Positions 9,171-18,393 of a stretch of 20,000 nt of DNA are shown here, piece by piece. The position numbers were made by a program, and so were the translations under genes. A model generated the notes under the pieces. It was not told where the DNA came from and ran no database searches. It saw only the letters and a list, made by a program, of their open reading frames with translations. The DNA is taken from contig WELB01000022.1 of assembly GCA_009602725.1 (NCBI GenBank), positions 883,602-903,601 on the forward strand, written 5' to 3'. How positions within the stretch are numbered: the first letter of the stretch is position 1; each line of letters opens with the position of its first letter. This DNA comes from Spirogloea muscicola. Taxonomy: Eukaryota.

Positions 9171-9622
9171 GGGCTGGCTTTGCCAGCCCCTCTTCTCAGC
9201 AGCGAGCTACTCAGACCTGATGTTGCTCACTCGTGGGTACTGAGCTTTCCTCTGCATCGTTTCTGTGTTCTGCAGTATGTTGTAGTGTAGTCCTTTCTCC
9301 GGCTCCTCTTGCTTTGGACATTGTCCATTCTATTTTGGGCTGGCTTGGCCAGCCCCTCTTTTCTATGGGCGCGCTCTTCTTCTTCTCTATGGGAGCGCAT
9401 TCTTCTTCTCTATGGGCGCGCACTTCTCTGCTGGGTATTGTTGAGGTGTTTTCCACCGTGTGTGCTTGTTGTTCTTCGTACTTCCCCTGGCCCCTTCTCG
9501 TCCTTTGTTCATTCTTTTCTGGGCTGGCTTTTTCTAGCCCGTATCCTCAATGGGCGAGCCCTTCTCTCTTTCCACCGCCACCTCTTCTCTATGGGCGCGC
9601 ACTTCTCTTTCCACCGCCACCT
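9171..9622 (+). mobile_element. Stacked 3' ends of the RLE-LINE family with tandem tail repeats
   Basis: 9199-9323 differs from 8667-8797 by 1 substitution and a 6-bp indel. Hairpins lie at 9171, 9337 and 9521. About 23-bp units (TCTTCTCTATGGGCGCGC-like) occur three times at 9357-9429, and TCTCTTTCCACCGCCACCT twice at 9565-9622. Confidence 0.78.
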
Positions 9623-9799
9623 TGAAGCCCGCCTCCATAAACACCCCCTGCAAGGGCAAGCGCGGCCAGATTGACTGGTGACTGAGAGAAGAAGTGGCTC
9701 TCCCAATGGGGGCAAGGGCTGTGTTTCCCCCGTTCTGCCATAGCCTCTTCAGGCCCCACAGTCGCTGCTTAGCTCGTAGTTTGGCCCCTTCGAACCTTG

Positions 9800-9890
9800 C
9801 TGAGAGAGGCCAGCCCAAAGGAATGGACAAGGTCTGAAGGAGCCGGAGTGCTAAAGACTGAGACAGCAGCAAGCGGACTCTCAGTAACCT
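9800..9890 (-). mobile_element. Variant 3' UTR fragment related to the 7130-7310 copy
   Basis: GAGAGGCCAGCCCAAAGGAATGGACAAGGTCTGAAGG matches 7132-7170, and CTCAGTAACC (GY* stop context on the minus strand) lies at about 9880-9889. Confidence 0.55.
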
Positions 9891-9971
9891 GCAAGGCGCT
9901 GCAGGAAGCGTTGGGCGCGCCTGCAACAAACGCAGTCGGTGGTGACGACGTCGGCCCGTTGCCCCCGTTGG

Positions 9972-10050
9972 GAGAGAAGGCGCGCGCGGTGCATGAAATT
10001 GGAAAGGGAGGCGAACCCTAGCCTTACAAATGTCCTATTACGGCGGTAAT
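9972..10050 (-). repeat. Non-coding repeat module of about 80 bp, copy 2
   Basis: Direct repeat of 7842-7919. Confidence 0.8.
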
Positions 10051-10864
10051 CAGCCAGCTAAGGGAGAGCCATTTCTTCTTGCTCTGGCCAATCCTTATGC
10101 CGCCACTGCCGCCCTGGGGGCTCAGTTTCTTGGCCAGCTGTGCTGATGCTCTTCCGGGCTCTGGCGATCAGCGCTACCATAAGTCGGTCTCTGAGCCAGA
10201 AGCCGACCAAGACGTCATTCCACTACTGACCACCCGGAAGGAAAATTTCGTAATTTGAAACAAACGAAGGCCAAATGGCCAAGTACAAAGGCAAGCACAT
10301 CTAAAGACCTACATAGCCTACAGCAGATTGACCCGCTCAATAGCCACGGGTCAAAACATGAAGGTCGCTAATCAATGCCTGAATACTAGATGTCAGATAC
10401 GGAGCCCTTTTGCCACCAACTCGCCCAGTTTCTGGTGCAAAGCATTAGCCTGAAATGCTGCAAACAGGCCGAAATCCGTCATCGCAAGAACGACAAATAC
10501 GCAAGCCTATCTCAGCCGGAAACACATCTGCACGTCGTGTGTAGGCAACATTCTGAAGAAGAGTGTGGAAGCGAGGACCCAGACAGCCAAAGATGTCGAC
10601 TGCCGCTTGCAGGAGCTGAGGGTAACCGGGGGCATCTCAGCATGTGAGTGGCGAGCTCAGCACCCTCTGCACGGAAGCCGCACTCACACTGGCGCACCCC
10701 AATCAGGCAGTTGGGTGGGAGGCAAAGGGCTGGTGTAAATGTAACACACCCCCCAAGGCTGGTGGCATTAAACAGGCGCGGTTTGCAGCCGGTAATATTG
10801 TGTCAGGACCGGCGGTTAGCACGGCTCGGGCTCTAGGCTGCCGTCCCCCGAGCTGAGGGCCACC

Positions 10865-10898
10865 CCGCCGCCGCCGCCGCCGCCGCCGCCNGCCGCCG
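10865..10898. repeat. (CCG)n microsatellite just upstream of the ISA3 start, containing one N at 10891
   Basis: Read directly. The single N may mark a collapsed gap. Confidence 0.9.
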
Positions 10899-10928
10899 GC
10901 GGGTGCGGCGGCGTCGGCGCGCCGCGAG

Positions 10929-13900
10929 ATGGTGGCGCCCGCGGCCCGCCTTCTGCTGCCACCATCTACGCGGCCTGCGCAGGTCCGGCGCCGCCAGCCG
11001 CCTCCCCGTCCCTGTCGTGAGCTGCGGCTCATCGGCACGTCCGAGCCTTCTCGCGAGAATAATGATTGCAAGCCAAAATCGCGCGGAGATGTATGTACCA
11101 GCGTCGCTTTATGTTGCTGATAACTTCCCTTAACGTAGCCACGGGCTGCCCGCATTCTGCCAACATGCTGTGCCTTTTCAATCCCCATCCTGGCCTGCAG
11201 AGTGCAGCTCTGCAGCCTGAGCGCCGCCTGAGGATCGTCTCCGATTGGCCGCAAAGAGCGAGCGTTCGACGACTTGAGGAGCTCAGGAGCTCATTCAGGG
11301 GCCAGCTTCACTCAACCGGCTTGCTATCTGGGAGGCAACCAAGACTTCGTTCTTGGAAGAGTGGCACAGTCTCCATAACTGCGGAAATGCAAACTCTAGT
11401 ATGTCACGATGCCGGCTCTTTCAGCTCGTTGTAAGATGTGGCCTTTCATCTGCTGACTCCTTGCACTCTACAAAGTGGCTTCTGTGTGCGCCAAAGTAAA
11501 GTCAGCAGGACCGCTAGCTGACAATCTGAGCTGCAAATTGTTAGCGCCGTTGCCTCCAGCAGACAGGGAAATTGAATAGGAGGCAGGGTGCGACAAGGAG
11601 TTGCGACAATTACTTGTGTATTTCATGATCAAAGAATAGGGAGACGGCAGCCTTTCTGGTCACTGATTGTTGCTTCTGTATTTCACCAGAATGCAAAGGC
11701 ACAGAAAGCCAGTGAAGTGCCTATCCAGGTCACTCATGGAACACCATCTCCCCTTGGCGTTTCACTCACTGAAAATCAGTCCGCGATCAACTTTGCAATA
11801 TTCTCCCAGCATGCAACAGCTGTCAAGCTTTGCTTGTGAGTAAAGCTTCTGGTCCTGCACTGTCCGAGCAAGCCTGGCTTAGCCCTGCACACAGACTGCC
11901 CTCATGCTGGATGAGTTTGGTGCATGAGGAAGTTAGACCTTGGCCAGGCTTGAGACGAAAGGAGCACAAACTTTGTGACCCTCTAGAAAAGGAGACATCC
12001 AAGTTGCATGTTTGTAACACAAAGGTGGACTACTTTGTCTACTGAGCGTCCATATACAGCATCCCTTGCTCATTCTTCTTCCAACCTATGGGCGCGTAAC
12101 GAATACTGTCAGGTACTTGGATGGCCGACTAGCAGGGCCACCTTCTGAGGAGATTGAGCTTGATGCTGAGAAGAACAAGACTGGGGATGTTTGGCATGTG
12201 GCTGTACATGTGAGCACCCCACATTAGCTGCAGCTGGCAATAAAGCCGGTATTGTAGGAGCACTTCACAACCGCGCAACATTTTACGCACTGCATATAGT
12301 AGAAAGTGTTCGCTGCTAGAGGTAGGGTGCAGCAAAAGCCTTCCCTTATCTTTTGCAGGAACATTGCCTTGCTTGTGCTGAGAATCACTATTTGTGTGGA
12401 ACAGGGAGTGCCCTTGCGTGGGGTCGTCTATGGCTACAAGATAGATGGCCCACAGGGCTGGGAAGCAGGACATCGATTTAATGGAAAACAAGTACTGCTC
12501 GATCCCTATGCAAAGCTAGTAGAAGGCCGGCGAATGTTTGGAGATGCAAGCAACAAATTTGAGCCGTCACTTGGGACCTACGATTTGGAATCTGAAGAAT
12601 TTGACTGGGGTGAGGATTATAGGAAGCCCGAAATACCTGAGGTACGACTGGGGCATTGAAATATATTGCTCATCTGTCTCTGTGTAGGTTGAGCCAAGTG
12701 TACATTAAGCTCAGAGGGTTACATGCACGGATGTATTGTCCACCAATTGGAGCAGTAGATTGACGAAGAGGAGCCCCCCCTTGATCTAAGCACCTGCTTC
12801 TGGGGAATATTTGCTGCACATGCAGAAAGATCTTTTCATCTATGAAATGGCCGTGAGGGCGTTCACTGCGGACGAATCAAGTGGGCTAGAGCCCGAGATT
12901 CGTGGAAGCTTCTTGGCTGTAATTGATAAGGTGAGAAGCACAACTTAAGCGACACCCTTCTTGATGCAGTCTTACTCTTTCTTGACGTACCTCATTTCCC
13001 TTGTGTTGTGATGAAGGTCATTCTAGCCTGCGGTGTAGTGTTCCATCTCATTGGAACATGCCATGGAAACCGTCTTGACATGTCAGTGTCATGCAGATTC
13101 CTCACTTTCTAGAGCTTGGGATCAATGCCGTGGAACTGCTGCCCATATTTGAGTATGACGAATTTGAGTTCCAGCGAAGGCCAAATCCGCGTGACCACCT
13201 GGTATATGCTTTAGTTTCTGAAAGTCCACTTTACATGTTGCAAGCATAGCAGGATCGGTGATACCATAACGACGACGTCGATCAGTCTCCAGTCAAACAT
13301 TGCCATAAAAAAAGTGGTAACTTTGGATCTATTTGCTAGGTATGTCAGGAGAGGAGGCGAAAGTGCTGCATGGACTGTGTATCACTGAAGGATGGCTCCA
13401 CCTCTTATAGGTGCAATTGTGACCTCCGCACAGATTAATACTTGGGGATATTCAACCATCAACTTCTTTGCCCCCATGAGCCGATTTGCAAGTGCTGGAG
13501 GAGGCCCTGGGGCAGCTTCGATGGAGTTCAAGCAGATGGTCAAGGCACTTCACGCCGTTGGTATTGAGGTATGGCTTTAGTTCATCAAACCCTTGTCTCC
13601 TCTTTGTTGCTGAGTATGTTCCCTTCACACACAGCAATGATACTGCTCGAAGGTTATGCTGCAAACCCTGACCTTGAACCCTAAACCCTGAGCTGTTGTT
13701 AGCCATTCTCAGTACACTGTCAAAGCAATGACCTATCTAATGGTCTGCTTGTCAAAGGCAGGTCATCTTGGACGTTGTGTACAATCATACTAATGAGTCT
13801 GACGATGCGCACCCATACATGACATCCTTCAGGGGCGTTGATAATCTGGTAATTGACTTGCCTAGCTTGTCTCTTATCAGTCTTGTATATCTTTCTTACC

Positions 13901-16900
13901 ACAGTGGATAGCCAGATATGCAGTCTTCGGGGAATCAGGCTGGCAGGCGTCGCTTATCTCGTGCAGACTGCATGAGAATTGCAGCCTATTGATTGGCCAT
14001 GCTTCTGAGCCCGTCAGCTTACCAATCAGATTGATTGACTCACCCTGTACAGGTCTACTACATGGTAGACACGAACAGCTACGTCCAATTATTGAATTTC
14101 TCTGGTTGTGGTACGGTCTCTTTCCATAATGCTTTCACTGACGTGCATCTCACATAGCTCTGTCAGGCATATACAGAGAGATCATGGCAACCTATCCGCC
14201 TTCCTGCTCAGTGCCATTAATTAGACCTCTACACAAAGGTAGTCCTTAACTGGCCATTGACTTCTTCACTGCAGGAAACACGTTCAATTGTAACCACCCC
14301 GTGGTTTTAGAGCTTGTCCTAGACAGTCTGCGCCACTGGTATGTACTCCTTTCGTAGGTAGCTCTCCGCAGTCACAGTTTCCCTGGGGCGATGCTTGCCT
14401 CATTTCCAGATATTACGCACTGGGCTACTCGATTGTGTATGTATAAGTGCTTAATGGTGCAGGTATGAAGCACTTCAAGAGAAGCATTTTTTGAAATTGA
14501 TTGTGCTTCAGCGTGTGCTTCTTATACGACTACGCATAAGGTCCTCAGGGTCACGGAGTACCATGTGGACGGGTTTCGCTTTGATCTCGCCAGCTGCCTT
14601 TGTCGAGACCAGAATGGCATTCCCATTCCTGGTCCTCCAGTTATCAAGGTAACATCTGCTTTATGGTCTGCCAGGTACAGCCTGCCCAGCTAGAAGAAGA
14701 GCAAGCACCAGCGTAAAGTTGCTATATCATCTTGTGAGATGGAACCGCAATCTTGCAATCAGGAGAGCTCTACTTAATGTACAATGGGGTCCATGCATCA
14801 AAGGTGATTGCACAGCTTTGATGAATTGGGTGAACGCTAACTTGTAGGCCATTGCCAAAGATGCAATACTGTCGCGGGTCAAGTTGATTGCGGAGCCTTG
14901 GGATTGTGGAGGTCTCTATCAAGTTGGGAAATTCCCCAATTGGGACAGGTGTGCAGCTCAGCTTTCATTGATCTGCCTCTCAGTATGAGCATCAGTCTTC
15001 AATGTCGAGCCCATTGGAATCGCTGCATTTGACTTGCATGACACTTGTCTACAACAAATTGTGGCAGATGGGCCGAATGGAATGGCATATTCCGCGACGA
15101 CATCCGCAGGTTTATCAAGGTCAGCATGTGCAAAGAAGGGCACAGAGAGCTCCAAATGCAGTGTACCACACCACATATTGAGGAGGCCGCATTTATCGTG
15201 CTGTGTGATGGTCGTGAAGCACATGATCAATAGCATAAAATTTGTCTTATGCAGGGGGACCCAGGAATGAAGAGTGCCTTTGCCACTCGAGTCGCTGGAT
15301 CGGCCGATCTTTATAATGTAATTTCCCGTCTTCTATCGCTCTTGCTAAAGCCATCTTTTGGCTTGCTACATAACGCAATCTTGAGTTTTGCTGCTCTTAC
15401 CGCTAGTGTGATCCGCTTAGACCTGCGAGCGTGCCAGGACCTGGGACCACGTCTTTGCGATCTGTTGTACTTATAGGGACTTGCGTTTTTGATGGCAAAC
15501 CACCACGTGCGTTGATCTCTCACAGGTCAACCAGAGGAGACCATATCATAGTATCAATTTTGTCATTGCTCACGATGGATTCACCCTGATGGACCTTGTA
15601 TCATACAACAGCAAGGTCAAGCATTGCCCACTAGATGCCTCTGCAGCTCTATGCATCTACCTTACATGACAATAAGCAGAAGCCGTGTGCTTCAAGTTAT
15701 GTCAGTACATGCACCATGCAGCCGTGCCCATTCGTCTTTGCTTGATGATGTAGCAGCACAATGAGGCAAACGGAGAGAGTGGAAATGATGGCAGCAATGA
15801 CAACTTCAGCTGGAACTGTGGTGTGGAAGGTGAATTTCCTCTCTCACTCAGCTGAGTTCAATGAGCATTGTTCCACTTTTTCCACACCCGTCTTGAAGGA
15901 AATTGCAGTGCACTGAAGCAGGTCCTACAGAGGACTCTCTTGTGGAGGGACTACGTGCGCGCCAAGTCAAGAACTATCACATTGCTCTCATCATCTCCCA
16001 GGTCAGCATCGATGCATGTAAAATGACGGGCAACAGCTTGTGAGGTATTTGAAATTGCCCACAACTTTGTCAAGTGATGGTGATGCATACTGGAATACCA
16101 GAGTCAGTATGAAGGAAGCTGACTTGCTGATGGTACTTATTCTCAAGATACTGTGGTCATGGCAGGGCACGCCAATGATGCTCATGGGAGATGAGTACGG
16201 CCATTCGAGGAAAGGCAATAACAACAGCTATGGCCATGACAATGAGCTTAACCACTTTCAGTGGAAACAGGTCTTCACTTGTCACTCAGTGCACCTTCAC
16301 TCCTATTAGTTATTAGTGATCATGCACACCGCAGAATACTGCGGCATATTATGTATACTTAGATGAATAACTTTGCTGCTTTGATACGGGATATTTGCAG
16401 CTGGAGGAGAGAAGAAGGAGCACCTTTGACTTCTTTGCAAAAGCCAATTGCTTCAGAAGGCAGCACCCGCTCTTGGGTCGAGAGATGTTCTTGAACAATG
16501 TATGCATGTGCACAGAGGACAAGCTTGCCGTTTGATTATCTAGGATGGCCTCGATGGTGGCTCTGTGCCCTGTTGCCCTACTAATTATCTAGAGATTGTG
16601 AATGCGCCGCTGCTCATTGTGAAGCTTGTGCATCACTGCACCAGTCATCAAATGAAATTGCTCAATGATGCAAGTGATCATGTGCTGCTTGACCTGCTTG
16701 ACCTCATTCATATATTTTCACATTCTCAATTACAGAGTGACGTAACGTGGCATGAAGACAACTGGGGCAATGTGGAGAGTCGATTCCTAGCATTCACGTA
16801 CATACTAGCCTTCTCATTATGCATACCTTATGTTGAGCTGCAAGTCAATAAGCAGAGCTGTTTAGTTGGTCCATGAGTCAGTTGTTAGCTGCATGAGATT

Positions 16901-17414
16901 TTCCTGGAGGTACTTTGCTGTGTTGCTATTGACAAATCCCGCACCGCGCGCCTTCTTCTTTGTCAAATCCCCACTGGGCTTCAAACAAGGATATAAGAGC
17001 CAGTGGTAAAGCCAACCTCTTTGTCAATGACCAGGTTACATGACCAAGGTTTGGGTGGAGGCGACTTGTACATAGCATTCAATGCTCATACTTACTCTGT
17101 GGATTCTATTATCCCGGCCCCTCCTACCGGAAAGTCCTGGTTCAGGATTGTGAGTCTCTGCAAACCTGGCATCTCAAGGGCCAAAGAGCCTTGCTTAGGA
17201 TTTCGCCGTTGCTTTGTCAGAAGATGTGCTGATATGATTGTCAAGGAGTTGCATGGAGTTGTGAAGCATAGGTTTGAGCGAGGAATGCTTTGCTGTTTTG
17301 CAGGTTGACACTAATTTACCGTCCCCAGAGGACTTTACTGCTGAAGGCGTTGCTGGCATTGGAAGTAGATACAACATGGCACCCTTTTCAAGCGTGCTGC
17401 TTAGTGCAAGATAA
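10929..17414 (+). CDS. ISA3: Isoamylase 3, plastid starch debranching enzyme (GH13, CBM48), about 778 aa. Exons 10929-10982, 11201-11398, 11690-11835, 12113-12209, 12405-12641, 12826-12930, 13097-13201, 13434-13568, 13762-13848, 14053-14110, 14275-14338, 14549-14648, 14848-14948, 15068-15119, 15255-15317, 15526-15615, 15757-15829, 15922-16001, 16166-16270, 16401-16499, 16736-16797, 17035-17149, 17304-17414.
   Basis: 22 GT-AG introns give one 2337-nt frame. GH13 motifs [17 protein letters not shown] (nucleophile), IAEPWD (acid/base) and [10 protein letters not shown] are intact. ISA3-type segments include [58 protein letters not shown] and TWHEDNW. The N-terminus is Arg/Ser/Ala-rich and transit-peptide-like; exons 1-2 are less certain. 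Confidence 0.96.
13663..13690. repeat. Degenerate telomere-like tract (AAACCCTG..GAACCCTAAACCCTG) in ISA3 intron 8
   Basis: Read directly. Confidence 0.6.
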
Positions 17415-17459
17415 GGGGAAATATAATTGAATTTCTGCACCCTTTTCAAGCGTGCTGCT
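17379..17459 (+). repeat. Exact 23-bp direct repeat GCACCCTTTTCAAGCGTGCTGCT straddling the ISA3 stop codon
   Basis: Copies at 17379-17401 (coding) and 17437-17459 (3' UTR). Confidence 0.9.
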
Positions 17460-18393
17460 GCATGCATAATAATCTTTTCATGTAAGGGCTGCTGGGCAAC
17501 CACCAGCTAGGCAAGCAATAGCCTGCGTATCAAGGTTCATCCAGGTAGCTAAGTCCAGATAGCTGAGTCCTTTGAATTTGACATTGTTGATATCCTTGCC
17601 AAGTTGCAATTCAGCAGAAGGGCAAGCGTTGTCGCTAGCCTGCTGGCAATGCAGAGCATCCCTGGAAAGGAGGGTGTTTTGCAACATCATGGTGGCTAAG
17701 AGATGCCAGCACAAGAGAAAGGACAGAATTGGGCAAGCAACAAGAATAAGCGATGCTCGTCAAATTGCGAGCACTGAAGCTGTTGCGCTTAATGGCCAAG
17801 GCCACTACTCATCGGTGTCTGCTCAGCTACTTGTACTCCTTCACTCACAGCTTCAATAAGTCATTGTGTAGTGTCTCATACAGGAGCGCATGCCAAGGCT
17901 GCCCTTGTTGACATCATGCAGATGCAGACCTGTGGCCACCTTGGCTTGGCTTTGCCAATGACTTCCCACCTCAGAAATAAAGATCTTCCAATGTAAGGCA
18001 GTGGTTTGAGAGGCAAGCCCAGAGAACTGAACAAGGTCTGAAGGGGCAACACCTTGTTCCAGTATAGCAAGCGCTGAGCTCGAAGCCTGTGCTTGGATGT
18101 TTGTATAGTTGTATAAAATTAGAAATTGCTCTGGCATGCCACTTCAAGCTAAGCAGCAGCATAACTCGCACAGAGTGCCGACAACTCACGGACTGGCGTC
18201 GGCAGCAGCTGCCATCTCACCAACAGAGACAATCACTATCCAATCCTTCATAGATTTCACAGGCTTGCACCTCGTTTCAAGGCCATGATGTTAGCGTCAT
18301 CAGGGGGAGTTATGACACAACATGGCAATGTGAAGCCACTGGGCATGCAGCAAGCGGGCATCCATTGCCTTCGGTCATCATGCACTTCTGAGA

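Noticed and set aside
7557..9370. Helitron 3' termini (GC-rich subterminal hairpin)
   Set aside because: The hairpin is followed by CTAT rather than CTRR, follows an RLE-like ORF end, and one copy has a TSD, which Helitrons do not make.
6400..10050. CRISPR-like repeat/spacer array
   Set aside because: Repeats vary in length, spacing and orientation and derive from a retroelement 3' end; no cas genes, and the context is eukaryotic.
9972..10050. Telomerase RNA or snRNA candidate (contains AACCCTA)
   Set aside because: Only 7 nt of template-like match, not kept in the second copy; no recognisable snRNA motif or Pol III promoter.
7345..10300. 24-bp match GGCYAAGTACAARGGCAAGCACAT at about 7345-7368 and 10277-10300
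   Set aside because: Real but too short to assign; likely another decayed repeat fragment.
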